A DNA stretch of 64,000 bases, from the NCBI GenBank assembly GCA_903884505.1, contig CAISET010000002.1:277917-341916 (forward strand), read 5' to 3'. Under the pieces are notes generated by a model that made no database searches, was not told the origin of the DNA, and saw only the letters and a list, made by a program, of their open reading frames with translations. Position numbers and translations under genes: made by a program. Shown here piece by piece: positions 35,353-44,365 of this stretch. Numbering within the stretch: the stretch's first letter is position 1; each line of letters opens with the position of its first letter. Source of the DNA: an uncultured Candidatus Micrarchaeota archaeon (GTDB lineage: Archaea; Micrarchaeota; Micrarchaeia; Burarchaeales; Fermentimicrarchaeaceae).

Positions 35353-37169
35353 TTCCTGCGCCTCTTCGCAGCCACCCTGATTTTCTGCGCCGCCATCGCC
35401 CTTCCCTTCGATATCGCGCGCGTGTAAAGCACGATGCTCAATATCGCGGAGGTTACCAGGAGTATGCTGAGCAGCACTATCACAACGACCAGCGACTCGT
35501 TCAGCTTCTCGACGTTCTCCTGGGCCGGTATTGAGGCAGGCGTCGCTGAAGGCGCCGGGACCGCATTCGGGTTCTCGAATAGCACGAGCATCATCGTGGT
35601 GTCGTTCTCCATCCCATCGGCTATAGATCCGAGCCTAAGCACCGTGCCGGCGTCTCCGCCAGTCAGGTTGTAAAAGCTCGCATGCGCAAAGAAGAGCGCG
35701 GACCAGAGCGTCTTCCCCTTCCTCGCCAGGAACCCGCTTGCCTTCTGCGAGGCGGCGTTCTCCCCTTGGGCGCTATAGTTCGCCGCCCTGAGCGCGCCAA
35801 GCACGTAATCAGCATCATACACCGCGGCCCCGTACTCGCTCGCATTCAATGCCATCTCAGCGCTCGAGAAGTGGAACTGCAGGTCGCTGTCTTCCCCCTG
35901 CGGCCCTGCCATCGCCCCGCGCGCCTCGCCTACGCGTGCAAGCGCCAGGTTCCTGAGCGCCGCCTCATCCGCACCGCTTCCGCCCACTTCGGCAGCCGCG
36001 GAGTAAAGCTCCTTCGAAATCCCGCACCAGCTCTTCGCGAGCAGGGCGTCCTTGTAGAGCACGAGCACCTCCTCGCTGTCATTCACCGCAAGCTCCTGCT
36101 TCTTCACTTCCGCGAGCTTGTTTCTCGCCCATGTTGCGCGCAGGTCCGCCCCCACCCTGAACCCGAGGTTCTCCTTCGTTAATCTTCCGCGGTCAATCCC
36201 GTTTATGCAGCTTCCGACATCTGAAATAAGAAGCGCCAGGTCCTGCCTGTTCGGGCTGCCGTTCTTCACCACTTCCGCATTGATGCGGTTCAGGAAGGCC
36301 GTGTTCGCCGCAGTGTAGAAATACCCATTGGCCAGCATCTCCCCGCTGTCCGCAACATCCTCCCTAAGCAACGGCAGTACGGTTGCCGCCGCTATGCTGT
36401 TGCTTCTTGCCGCATCTTCGGTCTCGTTCGCAGAACTTTCCACCACCCCGCTAGCTATCTCCCCGAACCTCCCGACTCCGCAGCCCGGGCAATCGTAGGA
36501 GTAGGGCTGGAGATGCAGCGGCGCGGGCGTTTCCACGGGCAGCGGCTGCGGGTAAGTGCCCTCCGCAGCGAACGCTATATCCCTGACTTGGGTGATGTTG
36601 TCAACCTCGAATACGGTCACATTGAGCCTGCCCATCAGGCTCACGAGCGTTATCTTATCGAACGTGTCGCTTTCCCGCGGCAGCAGCACGAGTTTTATCC
36701 CGCCAGCAGAGGCCGCCTCGACCTTCTGGTATATGCCGCCAACCGCCCCCACCTTCCCGCCGTCCTCTATGGTTCCAGTTACCGTGAAATCCCCGCGCAG
36801 CGGCCTTCCCTCGAGCGCGGAAATTGTGAGCAGAGTCATCGCGGCTCCCGCGCTTGGGCCGTCAACCTGCCTCGTTTCCCCGACATCCATCGTCAGGAAA
36901 ACATCATAGTCGCTCTCATTCTTCCCGAGGACGGCCATCGCGTTCTCGACCGCCTTCCTTTCGGACTGCTGCGTGTCAATCCCAATCAGCGGGTTGGTCG
37001 AGGTGTATATGTTCCCGGTTCCATTCCTCACATCGACGGTAATAAGTATGAGCACCCCTCCGCCGTCCGTGACTACTGCAGGCACGCGCATGCTCGCATT
37101 AGCCGCGCTGGCCTGCAGCGACGCACAAATAAGCACAAAGGCAAGAACGATTATCGCATTCATCTTCAA
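35349..37169 (-). CDS. membrane-anchored extracytoplasmic Lon-like S16 serine peptidase
   Basis: Signal peptide. VDGPSAGAAMTLL...GGIYQKVEAASAGG (Ser-Lys dyad of the Lon proteolytic domain). C-terminal TM plus basic tail. No AAA module. Confidence 0.65.
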   Translation of the reverse strand: MKMNAIIVLAFVLICASLQASAANASMRVPAVVTDGGGVLILITVDVRNGTGNIYTSTNPLIGIDTQQSERKAVENAMAVLGKNESDYDVFLTMDVGETRQVDGPSAGAAMTLLTISALEGRPLRGDFTVTGTIEDGGKVGAVGGIYQKVEAASAGGIKLVLLPRESDTFDKITLVSLMGRLNVTVFEVDNITQVRDIAFAAEGTYPQPLPVETPAPLHLQPYSYDCPGCGVGRFGEIASGVVESSANETEDAARSNSIAAATVLPLLREDVADSGEMLANGYFYTAANTAFLNRINAEVVKNGSPNRQDLALLISDVGSCINGIDRGRLTKENLGFRVGADLRATWARNKLAEVKKQELAVNDSEEVLVLYKDALLAKSWCGISKELYSAAAEVGGSGADEAALRNLALARVGEARGAMAGPQGEDSDLQFHFSSAEMALNASEYGAAVYDADYVLGALRAANYSAQGENAASQKASGFLARKGKTLWSALFFAHASFYNLTGGDAGTVLRLGSIADGMENDTTMMLVLFENPNAVPAPSATPASIPAQENVEKLNESLVVVIVLLSILLVTSAILSIVLYTRAISKGRAMAAQKIRVAAKRRRK

Positions 37170-38101
37170 GCAATCGCCTCCACTGCGGCAGCGATGCGCG
37201 CCTTCGCCTCAGGCTTCGCGAGGAGCGCCCTTTCGCCGGCCTCAAATACAAATTCACGCTCGGCTTTAATAACAGCTTCGCCCTCCGCTCCTGCGGCGAC
37301 AGAGCCCGCAACCGAGACAGGCACGTACTGCATGCCTATGCTCAGGAAGTACTGCCCGCTTGAGACTCCGCCAGAGAACTTCGAAGCCTTCAATCTCACC
37401 TTAATCTCCTTCCCGCTCCTCAGCGAGCCGGGCTCGGCAAGCACGAATCCCCTCTCCAGCTCCTCGGCTTCCGCGCCCTTCATAGCCACCCCAACCCTGC
37501 TGCCGCACGATGCCTCCTCCACGTCCTCGTCCTGCACCTGCAGCGACTTCGCAACCACTTTCTTCCCAGTAGGGTAGAGCTCGAGCTCCTGGTGCTTCCT
37601 CACGCTTCCCCTTGCAACTATCCCCAGCACAACAGCGCCGACGCTCTTCACTGCAAACGAGTGGTCTATCGGGATTTTCGTGGGGCCGGCAGCCCGCTCA
37701 ACCTTGACCCCGCTCACCTTCCCCCTGATCAGGTTCGCATCCTTCGCGACGAACTCGTACTTTTCCAGCGCGGTCCCCTTCAAAAACGCTTTCACTGCTT
37801 GCTCATCCGCCCCTTCTCCAACCGCAATAAGCCCATTTTTCTTCCCGAGCAAATCGAGCGCAACAACCGTCTCCCCGAAGAACCTGTCAACCTCATTCAC
37901 CACAAGCACGACAAAATCCGCCGGGTTTATGCAGTGGAGCAGCGGCTGCAGCTTCTCGGGGTAAAGGGTTGGCTCGAAGAAGCTGACCACCTCCCCCTCT
38001 GCCTTCAGGTGGTAAATCGTGAAATCGCTCGCTGTCCCCTTTTTCGCAATCTCCTTACCGATGTTCTTGTCGCCCAGCAGCGCGACGTTCAAGTGGTCCA
38101 T
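37166..38101 (-). CDS. EF-Tu/EF1A-like GTPase-fold protein with a degenerate P-loop
   Basis: ALLGDKNIGKEIAKKGT sits in place of GHVDHGKST. A beta-barrel domain-2-like region follows. The ORF-table start (38230) would overlap the tRNA, so the internal ATG at 38101 was chosen. Confidence 0.45.
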   Translation of the reverse strand: MDHLNVALLGDKNIGKEIAKKGTASDFTIYHLKAEGEVVSFFEPTLYPEKLQPLLHCINPADFVVLVVNEVDRFFGETVVALDLLGKKNGLIAVGEGADEQAVKAFLKGTALEKYEFVAKDANLIRGKVSGVKVERAAGPTKIPIDHSFAVKSVGAVVLGIVARGSVRKHQELELYPTGKKVVAKSLQVQDEDVEEASCGSRVGVAMKGAEAEELERGFVLAEPGSLRSGKEIKVRLKASKFSGGVSSGQYFLSIGMQYVPVSVAGSVAAGAEGEAVIKAEREFVFEAGERALLAKPEAKARIAAAVEAIA

Positions 38102-38118
38102 ATTCTCATCAATTTGAA

Positions 38119-38278
38119 TGCGGCCGCCGGGATATTCAGCGAAGCTGAATGCGCGTGCGCGCACGCAACCTGCATTTGAACCCGGGTTATAAGCTTCTTC
38201 CGGTTTCTTTTCCAGGGTTTTCTTTCCCAAAGAAAAGCCTTGGGAAGCTCATGTCCTACCAGGCTAGACTACGGCCGC
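38119..38278 (-). tRNA. tRNA-Gly(CCC) with two introns: about 44 nt at 37/38 and about 42 nt in the T-arm after the T-loop
   Basis: Minus strand GCGGCCG-UA-GUCUAGCCUGGUAGGAC-A-UGAGC-UUCCCA|intron|A-GCUUA-UAAC-CCGGG-UUCAAAU|intron|CCCGG-CGGCCGC-A. Confidence 0.65.
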
Positions 38279-38399
38279 ATCAGAACCAATGGTTGGCTTC
38301 CTCGCTCGCACCCAATGCACGTCTCCCGCAACACCTGAGGGTGTTGCGCAGTTGCACTGGGGCTCGCTCGTCGCCATATCCTTGGTTCCTGAACCTCCA

Positions 38400-39179
38400 C
38401 TAACGGATATAGCTTAGCTCCTTGCCGGCGAAGCCCCCTTCCTGTATCTGCTTCTGCTTCTCGGTCTCCTTCTCCATCCTCTTCATGAACTTCTCGCTCT
38501 CCTTCGCCCTGATTTCAAGCTTGGAAAGGTCGATCTTCACCTCAAGTATCCTGGAGAGCACCTCGAGCACGCTCTGCGCGCTCTTCGCGTCAACATAGCC
38601 GCCGTGCGTCTCGCCCATCAGGCAAACACCCTTAATCCCCCTAAGCTTCCCCAGCCCGAGCAGCATGCCCGCAGCGCCGATGATCGAGCCACTAGCCTCC
38701 CCGAACAAAATTCCGTGCTTCTTCAGGCTCGTGACAACTTCCATCCTGGTCGCCGAGCCGAACACGCGGGGCTTCTCCACAACGCGGCCTACCCCGTAGC
38801 CCCCGAGCGTGAATATGAATTTTCCCCCGAGCTTCTGGTAGAAGTCCAGTATGGCCCCGCAGACCTCGAACTGCGCCTCGGGCGTCACAGCCTGCACGTC
38901 GCCAACCAGTATTACAATATCCCTTCCGCCCTTCTTCGGGTTCTTCCAGTAGTAGAACTTGTTCTTCAGCATCCGTATTATGCCCTTCTTGAGCATGAGG
39001 ACCTGGTGCGGAAAATGCGGAGAGTAGAGTTCGGCGAACTTCTCGGCCTTCAACTCCTTAATCATGTGGTCAGCAGCCAGCTTCCCAACCAATCCAATCC
39101 CGGGCAGGCCCTCAATGAGCACCGGGTCGTTCAGCTTCACCTTCTTCGAAACAATGAGCGTCTTGTCCATGCACATCAC
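38400..39179 (-). CDS. PAC2-family proteasome assembly chaperone-like protein (COG1938)
   Basis: LIEGLPGIGLVGKLAADHMI N-terminal motif. Conserved position next to nop10/eIF2alpha. Confidence 0.65.
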   Translation of the reverse strand: MMCMDKTLIVSKKVKLNDPVLIEGLPGIGLVGKLAADHMIKELKAEKFAELYSPHFPHQVLMLKKGIIRMLKNKFYYWKNPKKGGRDIVILVGDVQAVTPEAQFEVCGAILDFYQKLGGKFIFTLGGYGVGRVVEKPRVFGSATRMEVVTSLKKHGILFGEASGSIIGAAGMLLGLGKLRGIKGVCLMGETHGGYVDAKSAQSVLEVLSRILEVKIDLSKLEIRAKESEKFMKRMEKETEKQKQIQEGGFAGKELSYIR

Positions 39180-39315
39180 CTATTTCCCAAACTTCGCTTC
39201 CCTCCGAACCGCAGGGGGCCTGCGCTCTTCGCCTTGCGGCGAAGGCGCGGCGCTTTCGCCCGAAGGCGAAATGCGCCTGTCGCCCCCTTCAGTTTGAGGT
39301 TCCTCCTGATTCCCC

Positions 39316-39459
39316 TTACTCCCCATACTTCGCTTCCCTTCTGTACTTCGCCCACTTGTCCTCGGGCGAATACCTTGGCGGGTGCGCGGTCCCGGTCTTT
39401 CCGCCGCATTTCGGGCATTTCTCGCCCATCGCATACGCGCCGCACGCCCTGCACTTCAT
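39316..39459 (-). CDS. nop10: H/ACA ribonucleoprotein complex subunit Nop10
   Basis: MKCRACGAYAMGEKCPKCGGKTGTAHPPRYSPEDKWAKYRREAKYGE: zinc ribbon plus the AHPPR(F/Y)SPEDK signature. Not in the ORF table because it is under 60 aa. Confidence 0.8.
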   Translation of the reverse strand: MKCRACGAYAMGEKCPKCGGKTGTAHPPRYSPEDKWAKYRREAKYGE

Positions 39460-39471
39460 GAGCTTCTTCAA

Positions 39472-40272
39472 TTAAGCCGCCTCTCTCACGAACTCGACGG
39501 CCCCTATCCCCTTCATCAGCCTCTGCACTTCCGCAGTCGCGGCCTCAAGCGCCTTCTCAGCGCTCTTGTATTCGCCGGCCTTCACCGAAAGCCTGTACCT
39601 CGGCGCGCCAAGGTAATGCAGCGTTATCTCGGTCCCGCCTTTCTCGGTTGACTTCGCGGCGAGAAGCGCCTTCCTTATGTGGTCAATCGCATCGGGCGCA
39701 TGGGATGTTATCATCAGCGTCCCCGTGATGTTCACTTCCGGCAGGTGGATGTTCAGCTGCGCAACCTCGCCCAGCACCTTCCTCCATTCTGCGGAGATTT
39801 CTGCCCCTTTGAACGCTTTCTCCCCGTTGAAAGAAATATCCTCTAACGCAAGATACATGTCATCGTGATTCTTCAGAAGTTCGGCGCCGACCGTCTTCCA
39901 GGCAGAGGCAACCTCAACCTTCATCTTCTTCGCGCACAGCTCGAACAGCTTCGTCGCGCGCTTCTCCCTCTTGAAGCCCTCCATCTTGAGCTTCTTGTCG
40001 CTCTCACTCACCCTCCTGAGCGAGAGGTCCACCTGGTTCTTCTCCGGCGTGAGGCGGTGCACCCTTGCGACCACCTTCTGCCCATCCTTCAGGAACTCGT
40101 GGATGTTCTTCACCCACCTGCTCGCCACCTCTGAAACATGGAGGAATGCCTCCCTGCCGTTGTACTCGTCAAGCGTGCAGAACGCGCCGTAGGGCATTAT
40201 TTTCCTGACTGTGGCTATCACGAACTCGTCGAGCTCTGGCATGTCATTCTGCTGCGGGTTCGCTTCAGCCAC
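39472..40272 (-). CDS. eif2a: translation initiation factor 2 alpha subunit (aIF2alpha)
   Basis: N-terminal S1 domain (VIATVRKIMPYGAFCTLDEYNGREAFLHVSEV). Conserved gene neighbourhood. Confidence 0.85.
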   Translation of the reverse strand: MAEANPQQNDMPELDEFVIATVRKIMPYGAFCTLDEYNGREAFLHVSEVASRWVKNIHEFLKDGQKVVARVHRLTPEKNQVDLSLRRVSESDKKLKMEGFKREKRATKLFELCAKKMKVEVASAWKTVGAELLKNHDDMYLALEDISFNGEKAFKGAEISAEWRKVLGEVAQLNIHLPEVNITGTLMITSHAPDAIDHIRKALLAAKSTEKGGTEITLHYLGAPRYRLSVKAGEYKSAEKALEAATAEVQRLMKGIGAVEFVREAA

Positions 40273-40280
40273 TCATTCAC

Positions 40281-40439
40281 CTAAAGAACCTTCAAAACCT
40301 TCCCGACGATCTTTGCCCTTCCGCCCGTCGGGATTGCGAGCGTCTTCTTGCACTGCAGGCACGCCACCTTGACGGTCGCGTTGCCGAACACGTTCTGCTC
40401 GTTCCCGCATTCGCACTTCACCCTCAAAAACCTAGACAT
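40281..40439 (-). CDS. rps27e: 30S ribosomal protein S27e
   Basis: [52 protein letters not shown]: C4 zinc ribbon, 52 aa. Confidence 0.8.
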   Translation of the reverse strand: MSRFLRVKCECGNEQNVFGNATVKVACLQCKKTLAIPTGGRAKIVGKVLKVL

Positions 40440-40449
40440 AATAGCACCC

Positions 40450-40734
40450 CTAAGCCGTAGTTACCTCGAGCTTCTTCCTCGTCCTCGTCCCTATGGTCCT
40501 CTCATGCTTCTTCTTGCACACGCTGCACTCGAGCACGACCTTGTTCCTCTTCCCGAGCTTCTTAACGCTCTTCTCGCCCGCCACCTTGCCCTTGTAGCCG
40601 ACCAGCTTCCTCGCATGCTTCAGCTGGCCCCAGGCCATGGTGCGCGCGTTGCCCTTCGAGTAGAGCTTCGCCTTGTGCTTCGTGTGCTTCCTGCACTTCG
40701 GGCAGTACGTGTTAACGCTTGCCGGATACTTCAT
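40450..40734 (-). CDS. rpl44e: 50S ribosomal protein L44e
   Basis: [21 protein letters not shown]...[10 protein letters not shown]: L44e zinc-binding signature. Confidence 0.85.
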   Translation of the reverse strand: MKYPASVNTYCPKCRKHTKHKAKLYSKGNARTMAWGQLKHARKLVGYKGKVAGEKSVKKLGKRNKVVLECSVCKKKHERTIGTRTRKKLEVTTA

Positions 40735-40838
40735 TTCTCATCACCATCTCTAATTGTAATCGATAACAGCCCAAAATCCGAGCCTACCGACGCTGGAACC
40801 TATATTTGGGCGCTTTTGCTTTTTAAAGCCAGCGCCGT

Positions 40839-41390
40839 CTAAGCCTCGGCGGCGACCTTTCTCTTCAAAAGAAGCTCCGCAACCTTCTGCGGCACGGAGA
40901 ACGCCTCGTCCTTCCTGAAAGGCCCGTACTTCACGCCATCGACGCCCACGAACTGCGGGACATCGGCAAGCGCCTTCAGCTGCCGAACCTCGGGCGCAGC
41001 CATCACCCTTCTCTCCACTTTCTCAACCGAATTTCCGTCAAGCGACCTCTCAAACAGCTTCTCGCATTCGGAGATGGCATCCTTCACCTTCCCATACATC
41101 TCCTGCTCCTCCCTGGCAACCCCGGAGATTCCATCCCCGCCTTTCGCGCCCCGCAAGGCCCTGAAAAGGAGCTTCTGCTCCCTCACCTCGTAAATGTCGC
41201 GGATCACCTTCACCGCATTCTCATACTCCTTCGCCTTCTCGAGCGCAAATTCGCCTTCCATCCCTTTCTTCATCCTTGCGAGCATCTCCCCGGCTTTCTC
41301 GTAGAACTCCTCGTGCAGCTCACCGAGCATGCCCGTGCTGCGCTCCTTCTGCTGGACGCGCCTCAGTAATTCGTAAGTCAAATCCTCCAA
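40839..41390 (-). CDS. GINS complex subunit (Gins51/Gins15-like)
   Basis: LTYELLRRVQQKERSTGMLGELHEEFYEKAGEMLARM resembles the GINS51 N-terminal helical domain. Located immediately upstream of priS-priL. Confidence 0.5.
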   Translation of the reverse strand: MEDLTYELLRRVQQKERSTGMLGELHEEFYEKAGEMLARMKKGMEGEFALEKAKEYENAVKVIRDIYEVREQKLLFRALRGAKGGDGISGVAREEQEMYGKVKDAISECEKLFERSLDGNSVEKVERRVMAAPEVRQLKALADVPQFVGVDGVKYGPFRKDEAFSVPQKVAELLLKRKVAAEA

Positions 41391-41438
41391 AGAAACCGAC
41401 CGCTAGAGTTTTCCCGTGCTGCCATTTAACCCTTGCGC

Positions 41439-42638
41439 TCACTTCCACAAGTTGGCTTCCCGTTTGCAAATCAGATAAACAGCAGCGAACTCTGGAAGCT
41501 CCAACTCCTGGTTCTTGTAGGGTCCGAAAGTCTGATTTTTCATAATAAACACAGGCGCCTCCCCAGTCTTCACCCGAACAGGCGCATCAGAGAAGACAAC
41601 CGCATCATTCATCGGCTCAAAAGAGGCGAGCGCATCCACGCTTGCGACCTTCTTCGCAGCCAGCCCGGTCTCCCCGTGCAATGAGTTCGGCAGCCTTATC
41701 AATTTGCTGACATCGAACGTGACCCCGACATCCACCTCATCGCCGACCTTCCCCATCCCCTCAATCTGGATTGCTGCGCTCCCAATCAGCTTCTCAACCA
41801 GGTGGTCCTTCTCGGGCCCTGTCATCCTAACAGTATCCCAGTTCCCGCGCCCAACCCCCTCAATCACCTTTGCCATGCTCTTCTGCAGCCTTTTCGCAAT
41901 CACGGGCTCAACCCCGAATTCGGCCAGTTTCCCAGCCTGCAGCAGTTGCAGGAACCTCTTCGCAATCTTCCCGTGCCAGCCGGGCGTCTCAGGAGTCGGG
42001 CCCTCAAGCTTTCCCTTGAATCTCGAATAGAAAAGCGACTTCCCATTCAGCCCAGCCCCGGAGATGTAATCGGCAATCTCCCTCCTCGCCCACCCGCTCA
42101 GCTCCCGGACGGTCCCATTCCTTACATGGACGTGATAGCCGCGGTTCCCGGAGAAATTCACGGAAATCTCATCCTTCGAAAAGCCGAAATCAGGCACAAG
42201 GAACTCCTCAATTAATTTCAAGGTCTCTTCCTTCACAGCGGAAAGGCATTTCTCGCACGGGAATTTCTTCGGATGCGTCTTTCCGAGGCATTCCAGCTCC
42301 AGGTGGTCCGCATCCAAATCGAAGACCAAATCAGCGCCCATCCACCCTTTCCGCGGCATCGGCCTCCCATCCGGGAATTCGTAATACGCGGCTGAATAAG
42401 AAATGTAGAACGGCGTGTTCCTCACCAGGTAGCTCTTGAGTGCCTGTGAATCCCTGAAAGCCATGTGCCTTGACTCTATTTTCTTGTCCCAGGTCCCGAG
42501 CCCGAACTCCCTCTGCGAAATATCCGGCGGCGCAACCTGCTCGGGCTGGCACCTCTCGTAATAGGACTGGAAAAGCCTGCGGGCGAACCCCTCCTCGGGG
42601 TTCGCAATGGACAGCTGCGCCTGCGCCTCGTCAGCCAC
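41439..42638 (-). CDS. priS: DNA primase small (catalytic) subunit PriS
   Basis: Catalytic motifs DLVFDLDADH and SGNRGYHVHV. Confidence 0.85.
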   Translation of the reverse strand: MADEAQAQLSIANPEEGFARRLFQSYYERCQPEQVAPPDISQREFGLGTWDKKIESRHMAFRDSQALKSYLVRNTPFYISYSAAYYEFPDGRPMPRKGWMGADLVFDLDADHLELECLGKTHPKKFPCEKCLSAVKEETLKLIEEFLVPDFGFSKDEISVNFSGNRGYHVHVRNGTVRELSGWARREIADYISGAGLNGKSLFYSRFKGKLEGPTPETPGWHGKIAKRFLQLLQAGKLAEFGVEPVIAKRLQKSMAKVIEGVGRGNWDTVRMTGPEKDHLVEKLIGSAAIQIEGMGKVGDEVDVGVTFDVSKLIRLPNSLHGETGLAAKKVASVDALASFEPMNDAVVFSDAPVRVKTGEAPVFIMKNQTFGPYKNQELELPEFAAVYLICKREANLWK

Positions 42639-43575
42639 TCTTCCTCGCCTCCACGAAAACTCTCTTCTTGTAATTCAGCGGGTGCCTCACCCCGCAGTCG
42701 GCAATGCAAAGCCCGTAAGTATCCACGCTCGCGCAGGAAGGCACGGAATAGTTCCTCTTCGCAAGATATTCCACCTGATACCTTGTCACCTGCTCATTAT
42801 AGTCCGGCGCAGTCCTGAACGCGGCAATCACATCCTCGACCTTCATCCCGGTCTTCAGCAGGAAAGCGGCAAGGTACCAGCGCGCGGTATGCGGCAGGTT
42901 CTCGGAATTCCTCATCCTCTCGAGCAGCTTCGCGATGCAGGGCGGGTAGCTCCCCTCGTCCATGAACACCTTCCCGCCGAACCCCTCCTCTTTTGGCAGC
43001 TTTCCCCGCACCTCTTCAGCCGCTTTCCTCACGTTCTCCGGGATTCCACTCACATCAGCAGGCATCTCCTCCATCCGCATCCTGGCTGCCTCCTCGAGCA
43101 CGCGGATTAGCTCGCTCCTTCCGAGGTGCACCTTCCCGTCCCTCATCCTCATGTTGATGAGCTTGTAGTCGATGGACTTGGGCGCATACTTGAGATAATC
43201 GGCGAAAGGAAGAGCGAACGGGCTATCGGAAAAAAGCGCCACCCCGAATTCCGCGGCAACCCTCTTCAGCCCCGCATCCTCCTCTTCTGAAAGATACCTT
43301 CCGACCCTCTTTGATTCCGCAACAGCAAACCTGCCTAGGAAATACCTGTTCTTCAGGCACGCGAGCATCATCCTCGCCACTGCATAGGACGAAACCTCGC
43401 CCTCGAGCACCGCATCAACGCCAACCGTCACCGGCTTGAGCCCACCCTTCCCGAGCGCGGAAAGGAGCCTTTTCTTCGCCCTCTCCACATCATCGTAGCC
43501 CACGCTGATCTTCTTCTTCATCAGGGCTTTCGCTTCGGATGAGAACGGATAGCGCGAGCAGAAGAGCAGGTCCAT
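42631..43575 (-). CDS. priL: DNA primase large subunit PriL
   Basis: C-terminal Fe-S domain with conserved Cys (PPCIAKLLERM...SCASVDTYGLCIADCGVRHPLNY). Overlaps the priS start by 8 nt. Confidence 0.8.
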   Translation of the reverse strand: MDLLFCSRYPFSSEAKALMKKKISVGYDDVERAKKRLLSALGKGGLKPVTVGVDAVLEGEVSSYAVARMMLACLKNRYFLGRFAVAESKRVGRYLSEEEDAGLKRVAAEFGVALFSDSPFALPFADYLKYAPKSIDYKLINMRMRDGKVHLGRSELIRVLEEAARMRMEEMPADVSGIPENVRKAAEEVRGKLPKEEGFGGKVFMDEGSYPPCIAKLLERMRNSENLPHTARWYLAAFLLKTGMKVEDVIAAFRTAPDYNEQVTRYQVEYLAKRNYSVPSCASVDTYGLCIADCGVRHPLNYKKRVFVEARKSG

Positions 43576-43724
43576 TCAGAACCCCCGTTGCGCACGCTCG
43601 CTCCTCGTTGCCAAACGAGCTCGCTCGCGGCGCATATCGTCGGTTCCTGAACTTCCGTCCATAAAATCAGCTCATACAGTATTTGGCAGCGATTTAATAA
43701 AAGGCGCCTGGGGTTGGTTCCAGT

Positions 43725-44303
43725 TCAACTCTTTTGCCCGGATGCCGCGCGCTCCCTTATCGCCTGCAGCGCGGCGTTCTCGGAAACGAACCCCAAATAT
43801 TCCCGCGGTAGCTTCGCGAGGGCATAACCCGCCTTTTCCAAGTCCGTGGAGCACAGGCAGACATACTGCAGGCATTGGCCTGCAAAGTTGGAATGCCCGC
43901 CGCACCTTTTCGCGAGGATGTCAACCCCCTGCATCCACGCCCCGCGGTCCTTTGCGTACACTACTGCGGTCGCCACGTCAAGCTCCTCGTTTTTCGCCGC
44001 CCTCTCCACATCAGCAACGGTAATGCCCGCAAGCCTGGCGCGCGCATACTCTTTCATGCCGGCAATTTTTGAATTCTCGGCTGCGTCTTCCATCGCGCCG
44101 AACTTTCCCTTCCCAAACAGCATGCCCAGCCCATATTCGGCAACCTTCGGATTCTCGGTTTTCTCCGTCTTCGATATTACCCTGTGAACCCTGCCATTCT
44201 TCGCATCGCGGTCCATCCCAAGCACTGCAATCTCTCCGAAAAGCCCGGCTTCCATGAGTTTTGGATGGTTGGAATTATTCTTCGCAGTCCTGAACATAAT
44301 CAA
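43725..44303 (-). CDS. conserved hypothetical protein
   Basis: 192-aa ORF with high coding potential. No confident family assignment. Confidence 0.4.
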   Translation of the reverse strand: MIMFRTAKNNSNHPKLMEAGLFGEIAVLGMDRDAKNGRVHRVISKTEKTENPKVAEYGLGMLFGKGKFGAMEDAAENSKIAGMKEYARARLAGITVADVERAAKNEELDVATAVVYAKDRGAWMQGVDILAKRCGGHSNFAGQCLQYVCLCSTDLEKAGYALAKLPREYLGFVSENAALQAIRERAASGQKS

Positions 44304-44365
44304 ATCGTGTCCTCTTCAAACCCGCTGAATTCTACAACTCAGGAATAAAAAGATGCGCAATGCTG

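Noticed and set aside
38149-38403. 84-aa plus-strand ORF overlapping the minus-strand tRNA-Gly(CCC).
   Set aside because: It is the reverse complement of a tRNA gene and its intron, with basic low-complexity translation. It is spurious.
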